Made by a program: the position numbers and the translations under genes
Source of the DNA: Chlorokybus atmophyticus
Lineage: Eukaryota > Plantae > Mesostigma and Chlorokybus algae
Assembly (NCBI GenBank): GCA_009103225.1
Contig: RHPI01002714.1
Coordinates: forward strand, 4,793-68,792
Direction: 5' to 3'
DNA length: 64,000 nt
Notes under the pieces: model-generated
What the model was told of the DNA's origin: nothing
Seen by the model: only the letters and a program-made list of their open reading frames with translations
Databases searched by the model: none
Shown: one piece after another, positions 45,359-57,539 of the stretch
How positions within the stretch are numbered: the first letter of the stretch is position 1
How the letters are laid out: each line of letters starts with the position of its first letter

Positions 45359-48300
45359 ATGGGAGTCCTTTGTCCGTATTGCCACATGCGCTTCGCCACA
45401 CGCAGCTCGGTCTACATGCACATTATTAGCAGCAGGGTGTGCAAGCAGATCAAGCTGTATGTCGGCCAGCGTCCATTACAGTACGATGCGGGTCATGTTG
45501 AACCGGGGAGTTCGATCCAGGATGCTCACATGCTTGATGCTGAAGGACACACGCACAGCAGCAACAGGAGGAGGAGGAAGTGAACGAGGGCTTTCGATGT
45601 GTGCATGTGCCTGAGAAACCTGTGGCACGCCAACATGGAAGTGGAGGCGTCCCTTCGCACGCGTCGGAATCCAGGTGGTATGGCTCGGAGCATGCTCTTG
45701 CAGTGGCATTCGTGCAGTGCAACAACGGCCAAGGCCTGTCGGCCTCCGACATGGGGCGGATCATCAAGTGCATCCGAAATGCACACTTCCTGACGGAAGA
45801 GCTCCAGTGGGAGACCGGTGTGCATGTGGCCAGCTACCTCCGGACCACGATTGCTTTCTCTCAGTCTGAGGTGTGTTCACGGTGTGCGGTGCATGTGCTT
45901 CAACCATCAGAGCCATGTCACATATGCACATGCGAGTGTGCTGCCGTATCAGAACTACGTGACGGCTGACCTGCGCAAGCCTGGAGACCCTGAGGATCAG
46001 GACATCTGCGTCACATATATGCCGGCCAAGGTCTGTGAAATGCAGTACCTAATGCAGTATCAATGCGGTATCTATTCTGAGGCCAGCATAGTAAGTAATG
46101 CTCTTGGTCGGAGCAGGTATGGCTCGCGCGGTTGTATGGCAATCCACATGCCGCCAATGGCTTCATTTTCAAGTACACTGATGACGAGCACAGCTTTGGC
46201 CATCCTTCCACGGGCGATTGGTGGAAGGATGTGGAGGTGGATTTGAGGAGAGAGGTGGGGGAAGCGTCCTACTTGGCGCCTGCCATTCTGTACAGTGACA
46301 AGACCACGCTGGACAGCGCGGGCAAGCGCTCTGGCTACCCTCTGATGGCATCGCTTGCCAACTACAGTTGGGACATGTATGCTAGCAACATGGGGGTTGT
46401 TATGATAGCGCTTCTGCCGGTGGTTCACGCAGTGGCCGGGCATCCCACCTGGGCGCAGGGCAAGGAGTCGTTCTCCATTCGAAAACGTGAGAGTTTTCAT
46501 AACGCTTTGAATGTAGTGTTAGGGGATGTGAAGCGGGCGAGTTGGGAAGGTCTGCAGCTCATCGACCCGAATGGCATCGAGTGTCGTGTGTTTCCCGCGC
46601 TTGCCAACTACATCAGCGATTTGCAGGTAGTGGGCATGAATGGTTGTAACCGGATGCAGCCTGCCAGCAAACAGTGCATGGAGGATGTTGTCAGTAGAAC
46701 ATCTGAGTTTGTCGTGTTATAGGAGACTGCCACACTCGCACGCACTGTGTCGGGCAACCAAACACGACATCCTTGCGATGTTTGTCTCGTCACCAAATCA
46801 GATCTGTTGGAGATGGATGAGGACCGGGAATTCAGAACCGAGGCCTTCTACACATCAGCAATACGTCAGATGCGGGCGGACCTGCATAGCGGTGTTACGA
46901 ATGCACGCCAGACAGCCAAGGCTTTCAAAGAGCAGCACTCCATGCATGTCGACGAGGTAATGGTCAAATTATCGGCATTCGTGAGGATGAATGGCTTTTC
47001 GTGAAACCAGGCAATGTGGTTTGGCAACAGAATGCACTGTGGGGTTGGCGACAGTCGCGCGTGCCGGGAGCTGATTGCTACTCTCGTCTTGCCCCTGACG
47101 CAATGCATGTGCTGGGAGGCATCATTGACCACCTGCTTGTGTACGACGCCGCGCAAGAACGAATGCGTCCATCCACGAGACAGATTCTGCAGGCCAGGCA
47201 CGTCTTTGGTGTTGCTTTTGTGTTGAACACAAAAGCCAACAACACGTGCTCACGAGCAGATGTGCACAGGCTGAATGCATGCAAGGCGACTCTGCGGGTT
47301 TCGCACTTCAAGGCACCCACAAGCACAGTAGATTTCTTCCTGTCCGACCACTCCTTTCAGGTGGTGGAGAAAGTGGCGGTGCTGCAGCTGCTGCCGGTCC
47401 TCGCAGACGGTTTGCTGCTCGACAGTGAGGGCAACGATTTCTTTACCATTGCTGCCGCATCGCTTGCCCAGTGGAACAAGAAGTTGCTCAAGGCGCATGA
47501 ACACACAAGAGAGACCCTGACCACAGCCGACAACGAGCTGGCTGCCTTCAAAGCTGCAGTGTTGCATCCGCTACTGTCGTCATATTCTGCACAGAAGTCA
47601 GGTTGGAAGATCGAGAAGATGCATCAGCTCACTCATTTTGGGCTGGCAGTTGTCAGCAGTGGACACCCAGATTGGTTCAGCGCCAACCGCATGGAGCAGA
47701 CGCACGCCCAAAATATCAAACGGTGGGCGCGTGGTGGCAACAACCGGGACTACCAGGCACGTATCCTGAAGGCATGGAGCTGTGCGGAATATGTGAGAGA
47801 GGATGGCATGGTCGTGGATCCCGAGATGCGCTCGGTCATGGCGCAGGCGCGGCAGCAGTGCTGTAATGTCATGGAGAAGACGGACAAGTTGCTACGGATG
47901 GATGTGCTGACAAGGAGGGAGTCCAGCCCGTACTGGAGCGGATCTGCGCGTAGTTGCCAAGTCGCCTTGAAGACTCCATTCGTCGACAAGCTGCCTGCCA
48001 CCCTGGACAGCTGGTTGAGGAGGGAACAACTGGAGTTGGCCGACGGGTGGCGTGCTGTTCGCGTGGTGAACGGAGGCGCAGCGGTGTACACGACATCAGG
48101 AGTCAGCATGGCGCGCGCAACTGGGATGTTCCATGGGCGGCCTTGGTTCTCTACACTTGAGTTGGAAGGTGATGAGGACGGTGTGAACGTGACGTGGTGG
48201 GCTCAGGCACTCCTTTTTCTGCGCGTGGTGGTGTGGGGTGGTAGCGGCAAGCGCGTGTGGAAGGAGGTCGTGTTTGTCCGCTGGTACACGAAGCTGGATG

Positions 48301-48482
48301 TGACGAGCGACACAAGGTGCATCGCTCTGGAATGGGAAAAGCGTCGAGGCGGTCCACATTTTGATGTCGTGACTCTGGAGCAAGTAAAAGGCATTGTCCA
48401 GATGCTCCCCATGTTTGACAAGGACAGCGCCCGTGTACAAGAGGGCAAGTATTGGGTGAATGTTCACTGCACTTCCACATGA
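45359..48482 (+). CDS. Plavaka-family transposase, multi-exon
   Basis: N-terminal CPYC..F..H..C finger; HPSTGDWW; ILYSDKTTL..GYPLMASLAN; YISDLQ|E; CDVCLV; PDAMHVL; KMHQLTH..G..MEQTH..IKRWARGGN; C-terminal HGRPWFS..VFVRWY domain. Expected acidic residues look intact. Confidence 0.88.
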
Positions 48483-48685
48483 CATATGTACTTGTCTTAC
48501 TACTCTGAGTTTGGAGCATATCAGTCAGTTAGGCATTGCTAATCGTATGCTAAGACTTTTGCATGTGGACGTGTACAATACCGGGCAGCTGTCACTGCAC
48601 AACTGTCACCACAATCGAATGATCCATGCAACATTCAACAATCAGTCCGCCGTGTGGCATTAAGCATCAATACAGTGCACCACAC

Positions 48686-49520
48686 TCAAGCCTCATAGTT
48701 CCATGACACAGGAGGGTAGTCACAGCGCATATCCATTGTTTCAAGCATGAGACGCCCTATGCACTCCGCCATTGCGGGAGGAACTGCATTCGCTATGGAA
48801 ACGGCCGAGGTCATCCATGGCACTCCCAGCGCTGTTTGCCACGCAACAATGCCGCCCCTGGTGCTTGGAAGGCCATAGACCGGGTACATCTGCTGTGGCG
48901 CGTTTGATGTCACAATTGTCTTCTTCGCGCTAGCGGGCAGGTGCGGCGATAGCATTCCAACTGCCTTGCCCTCGTGCGAGCAGCGTGCTAGTGGGGTAGC
49001 TACCACTGGCTGTGTCTCAAACAGACGGTGTCGGAAAGTTGATAGGCCAAACATCGTGCCACAAAGGGACAGATTGGGTCTGAATGAGGAAGCTGCTCCT
49101 GGCACATTCTCAATCACAAACTTGACCTGGCTTGCAAGCAGCAGACGTCGGACGAGCGGTATCATATCCTGGTGTCTCCAGGATGTGCCATGTGCCGCCC
49201 GTTGAGGTGCCGGGATAGCACCTGAATAGGCCTGGCATGGTGGACTGGCCCAGATGAGCTCGTACTCGCTCAGCTCTCCTGCACTCAGGGTGCATTCATC
49301 GCGGTGTATGAAGGGTAGCGGGTACTCAGAGGAGGGACTTATGTCCATCTCGGTCACGTCAAAGCTTGCGTGGTATAGACCGACACTGGCATCGCCACCG
49401 CCGCAGAATAGGTCGAGTGCCCTTGGTCTGCGTGTGCGTCCCAGCTTGTTGTCAAATGGCGTGTATGTGGTCAAGGCTGGCCGTGGTGCTGGCCAGGGAC
49501 TAACAATGATGCCGTCCGGC
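48686..49520 (-). pseudogene. Compact DNA (cytosine-5)-methyltransferase (E2 copy), motif I altered
   Basis: LDLFCGGGD, SPPCQ, ENV, RHRLF, NAVPP..ECIG; the frame extends upstream to SPWPAPRPAL, homologous to E1 RWPRPPPLL. Confidence 0.85.
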
Positions 49521-49524
49521 TTAC

Positions 49525-49860
49525 TTTGCGACTGACGTTCTCCCCTCCAGCGCGCAGAACATGGCGTGCCCCGTCAACTGATGTGTACGCGAATGCGTTG
49601 TGCCCTTTGAAGTTGATGGTTTGTGGTCGATCACCGTCATCGAATACTATACGGTGCTGCCCTGCAAAGACATTTTCCATTGCACCATGCATATATGATG
49701 CGTCCTCAATCTCGCACGCCACGAAGCAATGCTGACCTGACGCTTGCTTTAATGATTCCACAACGCTCGCATACCATTCCCCATCCAGCGGCCAATGCAC
49801 CATGACATTCACACCGATCAGCTGCTCGCATCCCAACTTAACTGCGTTCCGCAGCCGATG
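49525..49860 (-). CDS. Tudor/Agenet-like domain (E2 copy) with a probable in-frame intron
   Basis: VNVMVHWPLDGEWYASVVESLKQAS|G-QHRIVFDDGD; cag|gtcagc...tttgcag| at the same position as the E1 intron. Confidence 0.7.
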
Positions 49861-49949
49861 CAGTGCGCTGTCCAACAGTCGATGGTCTGCCTCCTCTACA
49901 GCGGCCAGGGGATGGAACTGCCCACGCCCACACCGTGCAAGACTGCTCT

Positions 49950-50413
49950 GAATGCGACAACAGCTTCAACATGCATGAAATAAGCATACGCCCAACATAA
50001 CATGCAGTGATACGTCGCGGTCCACTCTTGTGGATTACCTCCACAGCATCCACCACCTGTCCACTAACCACATGTCCCGGTGTTGTCCATGTGAAGAAGC
50101 GCATGGGTTCCCCTCGCCACTCGAAGCATGAGCGCGAGCACGATTCGCACACGCACTGCACGCAATGGAAAAACTCGGGTTCCTTGCACAGCACTTGGCC
50201 GAGGCGGCAGCCAAACACGTCGACATTGTGTGTGGTGTGATGCCAGCAAGCAGCACTAATACCGTGGCACACTGTCTGCACTCGCTGGCATTCGGTCAAG
50301 TGTGCTCGCATTTGCTGCCTACGGCCATTGGCACATACGTACGCATTGCGTTGTGGGCACACCAAGCATGGTCTTCTAGGTGAGGGTGATTCAACTGCTG
50401 CCGCCGACATCAT
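49950..50413 (-). CDS. Unrecognised Cys/His-rich domain (E2 copy)
   Basis: ACWHH-x8-CRL..C..PEFF..CVCESCS..FEWRGEPM..TW. Confidence 0.7.
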
Positions 50414-50529
50414 GCAAAATAGGAATCGGCACGGCTGCCCACCAACTGAGCGAGACTTTAGGGTACGGGCATCAATTTAGGGTTGCCAGCTTACGAACCC
50501 TAAATGGGTCAAACTTCACGTGAAGCACG

Positions 50530-50650
50530 ACTGTACCTTATACGCTATTGCAGTACCATGCATGGTACTGCATCAAAATGAATGGTACTCCATCTGTTAA
50601 TGGTAGTACAGTACAAGGATACTCGCATACTACCACGATCGTAGAGACAA
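50530..50650. promoter_or_regulatory. GTAC cluster with a 24-bp perfect palindrome upstream of the methyltransferase cassette
   Basis: TGCAGTACCATGCATGGTACTGCA at 50549-50572. Confidence 0.5.
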
Positions 50651-50940
50651 TACTGTGCTGTCATGCCATGGAACCCAGAGCGCTGTCCGAGTTTGTTGCT
50701 GTCAACCACGCTCTAAACCAGCGAGGTATGCAAGCCATGCACTGACTCATGCGCCGGGCAGTCATCATACACATGTACAGCCAATGCTTCTACAACAGCA
50801 GATCTCCTGTGCAACATGCACCATGCTGCAACTATACATGTACCTACATGGTTCACAGGAAGCCAACACAAAACTACAATACATGCACAAATAGCATCAA
50901 GGCGGGGGCCAAATCACCGCCGACACGTTGGCGTCTTGCA

Positions 50941-51909
50941 TCAGGCGTGGCGACCAAAATGGGTGAGGTTGCTTGCAGAATGGACACGCTTGTAGATTCC
51001 TTGATTTATTTTTGCCACAGTCTTCTGATGTGCTATGATGCAGACATGGCACATCGCTTTCTTGCAACAGGGCGTCTCCCCATCCGCTGGGGGGGGTGGC
51101 TCTTCAATGCGACAAATCAGCACACATGGTGCACGCGGGTGTGCAAGCTGCCTCTGCCACCAAACTCTGTTATCGCGTCGCAGGCGTAGCGACTCCCATC
51201 TGAATGGCGCAGCATAACGCTCCACTGCCTGCTCGATCACCTGACGCCCATCTGCCGCCATACACCACCTGCTGGTCTTGGTGGTCTTGTCCAGCATGCG
51301 TTCATCCAGGCCCTCGACATGGCTGTCGTCACTCGTGTACTCCCCCGCATCGTCATTTTCTTCGAGCTTCCACAGAATCAGCTCGACGTGCCGTATGACA
51401 TACAGCCACTGCCAGCCAAAGCATGCCAAGTACAGCTCGAATGGTTTTACTTGCCACCCAGTATGTTTGCTCAGGTAGTGGCACACATCTCGACCCGCAT
51501 TAGTCGACATCGACAGGTACATCTGCTGCAGCAGGTCGAAGTTCTGCTCCGCAGATAGCTCTTGCACATTGCCGGGTTGCTGCGGCAGCAACAACACCAT
51601 CATATCGAGGACGGCGAGGGGCAACAACGTACTACGGATGGCCATATCGTGTATGGGTTCCAACCACGGCCAATCCCCAGAGGTCTGCTTAGACCGCATT
51701 CCCCGCGTTTGCTCCCACTTATTGCAAACTTTCGTCACCCACCTCGAGGCATGCCGCATGCGGTGATGCAGCGCGTCTTGGGCGTACTGTAGGGTGATCA
51801 ACTCCTTTGCACTACGAGTAAGCCCCCCAAAGCGTCTGCGCGTCGGTGCTTTGAGCTTAGGCAGCTCGTGCCGCACCGGCTGTCTCTCTGGACGATGCTG
51901 AGCAGCCAC
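50941..51909 (-). CDS. Hypothetical protein with a C-terminal RING-like Cys cluster; possibly a downstream exon of the OTU gene
   Basis: 322-aa ORF ending CVLIC...TPCCKKAMCHVCI. Confidence 0.5.
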   Translation of the reverse strand: MAAQHRPERQPVRHELPKLKAPTRRRFGGLTRSAKELITLQYAQDALHHRMRHASRWVTKVCNKWEQTRGMRSKQTSGDWPWLEPIHDMAIRSTLLPLAVLDMMVLLLPQQPGNVQELSAEQNFDLLQQMYLSMSTNAGRDVCHYLSKHTGWQVKPFELYLACFGWQWLYVIRHVELILWKLEENDDAGEYTSDDSHVEGLDERMLDKTTKTSRWCMAADGRQVIEQAVERYAAPFRWESLRLRRDNRVWWQRQLAHPRAPCVLICRIEEPPPPADGETPCCKKAMCHVCIIAHQKTVAKINQGIYKRVHSASNLTHFGRHA

Positions 51910-52072
51910 TTGACGCTGTAAACCCGCCTGTGCCTACTCAGGACACACAGTCAGCCCTAGTGAGGCTTCAAGGCGCTGTGCTTCCAATGTTGTAACGATG
52001 CCTCACCTTTCCTTTTTGGGTCCTGTCAGCGTCCTTTAATCCAACAACCTTCTTCTTTTTTTTTTTGTCACC

Positions 52073-53386
52073 CTACACATCCTGGCAGGCGCTCTCCGTG
52101 GCATTGTCACTCAGAGGAGGTAAGGCGTTATCTTCTTGCTCCACAGCCTTGCGCTTGTTGGTTGCCTCCCGTTCCTCCACGACCTCACGTTGCTTCATGA
52201 GGTCGAGCATGAAGCCTTTGTCTTTCAGCGCAGCTTTTAGGATACCTCGATCAATCTCTTTACCAACAAGACAGGCTGGGATCAATGTGGCAAGCTTAGA
52301 GGGAGAGGGCGAGCTACAGCTGCTTCTTGATGGAGATGCCTCCGGATGGTCAGAGTGCGGTGGCAAGTGAGTCTCCGCGGCAGGAAGGGAGGGTGCTGAA
52401 TTGGGATTGCGAGCATGTGGCTGTGGTTGAGGGGAGGCAGGATGTGCAGAACACTCGGCTACTTCTTGCCTAGCACACGAAGGCGAGGCCTTAGGCGTTG
52501 GCGCAGCACTCTGGGTCACCGCCGGTGGTAGCGGGGAATTGGCAACGCCATTTCGCCACTCTCCGATCAGGTGTGTTACCTCCGGTGGCACTTCATGCAT
52601 AGGCCACGACCACTGTTCTGTGCTTGCAGGCTTGAGCAGCCAAAAGTGTGCTTCTGGCTCATCAGAAGCAGTGATGCCCACCACCAGGACTGAGTTGGGG
52701 GCTTCTTTATTTCCAACCCAAACTGCGCTGCCGGGCCGTGGCACCCACTCCCCATGCTCGCGCTGAACGGTCATGCAGCCAATCAACAAGCCCAGCTTGT
52801 TGGCAAACATGGTCATCTGCAGGTGCTCGACGTACACATCTTTTCTCCGCACGATCTGTCGCACCTTGGCCATGGCTAGGTCAATGTTGCAGTTGATATC
52901 AGCCAACATGGTCGCAGGCAGTTTGTCGTAATACTGCGCCATCTCTCCCGCGGCACCAGTGGCTCTGCAGAGGTCTAGGATTTTGCTCGCCACGCCTGCA
53001 TCGACAGCCTTGGCGGTGATTTTGCGGAGAGTGTGCCCCCTGCCGTCGTCGTCCATGGTGTCCAGCATGGCCCAAAATCTGCTCGAGCTGGGGCACTTGT
53101 GATCATCCAGGACACTTTGCGCTATGGATGGCCTGGCGCGAAATACACAATGGTAGAAGCAGTTACCATCCGTTGGCGCATTGAAGTGGTCCCATGAGGC
53201 GAGCTGGCCACCTAGCATGACTGATGGCCGTATGCGGGTTGCGGCCAGCTCCTCTGATGACTCGCTGGCAGGTGGTGACCCCTGCTGCATGCACATACAG
53301 CACTCACATGGTGTGTCCAACTGTGGACGGCAAGAGTCACAGTGACTGATAAAGTACCTGAGTTTGGGGCAGACTGCCGGCTTCAA
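52073..53386 (-). CDS. OTU-like cysteine protease (E2 copy)
   Basis: PTDGNCFYHCV, YVEHLQM, AHFWLL; aligns with the E1 OTU domain; followed by a Pro/Ser-rich linker. Confidence 0.75.
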   Translation of the reverse strand: MKPAVCPKLRYFISHCDSCRPQLDTPCECCMCMQQGSPPASESSEELAATRIRPSVMLGGQLASWDHFNAPTDGNCFYHCVFRARPSIAQSVLDDHKCPSSSRFWAMLDTMDDDGRGHTLRKITAKAVDAGVASKILDLCRATGAAGEMAQYYDKLPATMLADINCNIDLAMAKVRQIVRRKDVYVEHLQMTMFANKLGLLIGCMTVQREHGEWVPRPGSAVWVGNKEAPNSVLVVGITASDEPEAHFWLLKPASTEQWSWPMHEVPPEVTHLIGEWRNGVANSPLPPAVTQSAAPTPKASPSCARQEVAECSAHPASPQPQPHARNPNSAPSLPAAETHLPPHSDHPEASPSRSSCSSPSPSKLATLIPACLVGKEIDRGILKAALKDKGFMLDLMKQREVVEEREATNKRKAVEQEDNALPPLSDNATESACQDV

Positions 53387-54999
53387 ACTTGCAGCGGGTG
53401 GGGTAAGGTAGGTGCATAAGCCACATCGGTTGTTGCATTGTGCTGTGGTCTCGCCGGTGGCGGCAAGAAGGATTGTTGCCCCGCAATCACCGGTGCTGCT
53501 CGCGGAGGAGATGGCAATGCATGAAGGACTGGTGCCGCGGAAGGTGGTTGCGCTCTGGCTGGGAGGGGAGCAGGAGCTGCACGTGAGACCACTTGTGCAT
53601 GCAGCAAGGGGGGCTGTATACAGGACCCAGGATAAGATGGCTCACAATGTTGCAAAGGACGAATATAAGCTTATGCAGTGCCTGACGCATTGTTACCAAG
53701 GCACGAGCATAAATGACAGCGACTTACCACAATGGCCCGTGGGCTGCATGGAGCAGGGGAAGCCATGGGGGCTGACAAGGTGGTATTTGCTGCACTCTCC
53801 CCGCCACCCTCAATGGCAGACTCGTCACGGAGCTCGTGAGCCATGGGCACAACATGCGCCACTGCCCCAATGGACATGTCGGGATTCAACAGGCCAACAT
53901 GCATGTTAAATTGATGCCGCATTGCCGCCGCGCCCATCAGCAAGTGGGATTGAAGGACCAGTTGATGGGATTGAATCCAGGCTTGCATAGAAGCTCCAAG
54001 AGGACCTAGTGCACTGTGGTGCTGTCAACCAATCACATGTGGGTTAGCTGCATGCTTGCGACACTGCAATTGCAATAGTCAACTGCGTCACACCGTCATC
54101 TGTTGGTTGCTTCGAACAGTCACCTGCGGCATTGCTGGTTGATGCACGATTAATTGCATGGACTGCGTCATTGCTGGTTGATGCACTATTGGTTGAATGC
54201 CGGACGAATGGCCACGCGCTCCTATGCTTAAACCCAGCCTACTTCATTCGGCACGCGCGCACGACTTCGCACGCTCACGCACATCCTAGCATGCAGAGGT
54301 AGGCATGCATTGGAGCCGACATTGCAGTCAACATGCACAGCGAGATTGGCAACAACAAACCGCCGCCCAGCTCTGTCTATCTGTTCTTGCTTCCGCAATG
54401 TCGGCTTGATTGTAGGGTGGGTATGGGTGAATAGTGGAGGCCTACAGCCACGCTACATATATCACATGGACTGCGCTAAAAAACAAATTGCTCTTGCCAG
54501 GAAATGCATGTGACTGTTGAGCGTACCTCTGCATTCCTTTGTGCTTGTTCCCACAGCCGCAATTGGTCCCGCATGATTCTGACAAGGGGCTCCAAGGACT
54601 GCAGCTCCTGATCCACTTCCTGTTGCAGAAAGCGAGCCACCAAGCAGCTCTCTGTGTGAAGATGGTCTTTAATGGCTTGCCTGCTGGTTTGTCCAATGTT
54701 GGTGATGCATGTTGGACAGCCCCATTGCTGACGCCTGCCATGATCCATGACGTGGCGACCGGTAGTAGCTGGCTTCGCTGCTTGAACTCTTACGACCACA
54801 ACTTCTCGCAAAATGTGCCACGCCGCCGNGCCGCCTCCTCCAACTCCTGGTCCTCCGCCTCCTAGTCAAACCCCGGCCCATCAAGCCTGACATTCGACCC
54901 GTCATCAACCTGGTGCCCATGCGTGCCATCATCCGGCCATCAATGAAGCGTGTTTGGGTGAGTGCATGCTAACTCCCATTTGGGCTGATCGAGCAATGC

Positions 55000-55160
55000 C
55001 TCTGTCCTACCATGGATGGTACGACAGAGCCATTGTACAGCAATCGCTGGGGTTGGACGAGAGATGCCTCTGTCGTACCATAAATGTTACGACACAACCA
55101 ATGTTACCAATGGTTGTACGAAGCATAGATGGCACGAATGCATAAGTCGTACCATCAACC
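55000..55160. promoter_or_regulatory. GTACCAT-N2-ATGGTAC-like dyads between divergent E2 genes
   Basis: CTCTGTCCTACCAT-GG-ATGGTACGACAGAG (55000-55029) and TGTCGTACCAT-AA-ATGTTACGACA (55071-55094). Confidence 0.5.
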
Positions 55161-55322
55161 ATGGGAGCAAGAGCGCACTACAAGTGCGACTCTAGTGCGG
55201 GACTCTAGACGTTCAAAACCGCCTCATTTTCGTTTTCGCGCCTCGTACATTCGAGCGGGCCAACCGGCGGCGGCAGCGCCACTTACAGCTAAACAGGCGG
55301 CACCCGACTATCAGTTGAAAAG

Positions 55323-57146
55323 ATGCCTCGTGGTCCATCCGTAAGTGCACCTCGTCGTGGAGGTCGGCGCCAGTTGTCCACATTGCCCCCAGTGCTCAAC
55401 CAGGCAACCGTCGCCAACCAATCGCAGCAAGACCCCGCGCTAACGCCCAGCACATCACAACAACTCCACCTGACACCGCAGTCGCAAGGGCAAGCTAGAC
55501 TGCATGCGTTCTTGATGCACTGTGCACGTTGCTTCTTGCTCAACTTCTAACTTGGATGCTTGCTTCTATCATGACTAGCACAGTGACTCACTGCATGCGT
55601 TCTGGATACACTGTGCACGTTGTTCTTTTGCAACTGTGAGGGTTGCATCTTTCATGGCTAGCAGCATGACTCATGTGGTTGTGCTTGCAGAGGGTCGATT
55701 GGAACCCCCAACCCAAACGATTTGGCCGTGACGTGGTAACCTCGGCCGTCAGCAACCCTTCCCCAAGCAAGTGGAAGATTGGCAACGAGGTAAGCACTGT
55801 GTGACACTGTGACACTGTGTGTATGTGTGTAACGGACTGTTCTTTCGTGGCCAGCATTTGCGAGATGCCGTCGTTGAAATCATAAACGGCCACTGGGTAG
55901 AGAGCCACGTTTATCCCAAGGAGGACACTATTCGTAACGTCATGTGTCAGGTGCTGTGAATGCTTCATGACCGCACTGCACCGTGACACTGACCAACCTG
56001 CTCGTGACAGGTAGTTGGCTTCGACCATGATGACGAGGCCGATGCGGCCAAGTTCTATGAGGTGTACTGGACTCCCAAGGAGTGCCCCTTCCACTGGAGT
56101 GTCGCCCTGAAGAAAGCTACGCAGGTCCGGTCTGAGAACGTCACCAAGATCAAGCATGTCCTTGAGAAGGAGTACAAGTGGACACTGTTTAACAGCAACA
56201 AGCGCAAGTGAGTTGGGTCCCTCACCACCATGTCTGCTATGCAACACTGCCTTCTTGCTCAGCCTCCATACACACGTACTCATCTCGCCTATTGTAACCG
56301 ATTCAATCAGGCACATCGACGCCCTAATGGACCCCGAGACCCAAAAAGCCCAGATGCGCAACGCGCTCCAACGTAAGTCACAAGCACTATTCTAGCCTGG
56401 TGCAGGCTCAACTTGAACTATCTATTTCGTGACTAATGCCTTGTCGGTATGACTGTCGCAGACAAGTCATGGCGGAGATTTGAGGTGACCGACACTGCAG
56501 ACCCGGAGCGGAGGAGATACATCCATGAATGGGGCAATCACATAATCTGGCAAATGATCGTGCAATGCTGGTCTTACACCGTCACTACACCTGGTCGCCG
56601 GTAGCTGACAGTCAACCACCTCGCATACCTGTTGCTTACGGTGAGCACTCTGAACTCCAGCATAGGCAATTCAGGAATGCTGTAGCCCCAAACTATAGGC
56701 TTGCAGACGCGTTGCAGTGATCAGTGGCTTTCGATGCCACTAAGACATGCCTGTAAACTACGCAGGTGGAGCGCATCAAAAAGGGCAAGGATGGAGACCC
56801 TCTCCTAGCTGCCAGCATAGACACACATGAAGAGTACCTCAGCGAAATCAACATCATGATCATGTCGATGAAGCGGAAAATGAGGCAACGGTACGCAGCC
56901 CTCCAGCCATTCACCCTTGTGAAACGCCGCACTGCATCTTGTGTCGAATACTTGAAAGATCCCAATCGGCGCCGGCCGCAAGAGACAACAACTCGTGACC
57001 CGCTCGCTGAGGCAGAAGCGGCATTTGATTGGCTGGCACAACCGTTTGAGGAGGAAGAGCAAGCTCCGGCGTCTCCTCCACAGGCCCCAGCGCGTGGTGC
57101 TTTGTTTCGTAATGACGAGCAAAGCGATGATGGAGAGGAGCTGTAG
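55323..57146 (+). pseudogene. Unknown multi-exon E2 gene
   Basis: Splice-bounded pieces: KFYEVYWTPKECPFHWSVALKK..WTLFNSNKR|, HIDALMDPETQKAQMRNALQ|, ERIKKGKDGDPLL..acidic tail; internal stops in one exon. Confidence 0.45.
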
Positions 57147-57539
57147 CGCAATTGGTAGTCCATTTAGCTGGTAGTGTACATAGCTACAAGCCTCTAGTGA
57201 CTGAGTGTTGTGCATCTTAAACCAGCTCAGTCAATCGTCATTATGCTCATGCACATCAATACTTGCATCCCTATGATATACAACAGAATACTTGCATTCG
57301 AGTCACATAATCGAAATACAAGCCTTGGCAAGTGACTGAGAGACACTGTACACATTTCAGGTACATGTACACAGCACAGGCACATAACAATGCTGGAAGT
57401 CAGTGACAGTCGCGTGTAGTCAAGCTATGCAAATACATATGACGACAGTTAGGCATTAGTCACCTTCAGTTGTTAAAGAATGCCTTATTTTGTCGATAAT
57501 TACCTAGTTGGTGCTTGTGAATTAGGCTTAGTCGCCTGC

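Noticed and set aside
50450-50510. Telomere-like TTTAGGG / AACCCTA motifs near several gene starts (also about 13097, 19980, 25163)
   Set aside because: Isolated single copies. They may be telo-box promoter elements but are too short to separate from chance by eye; not interstitial telomere.
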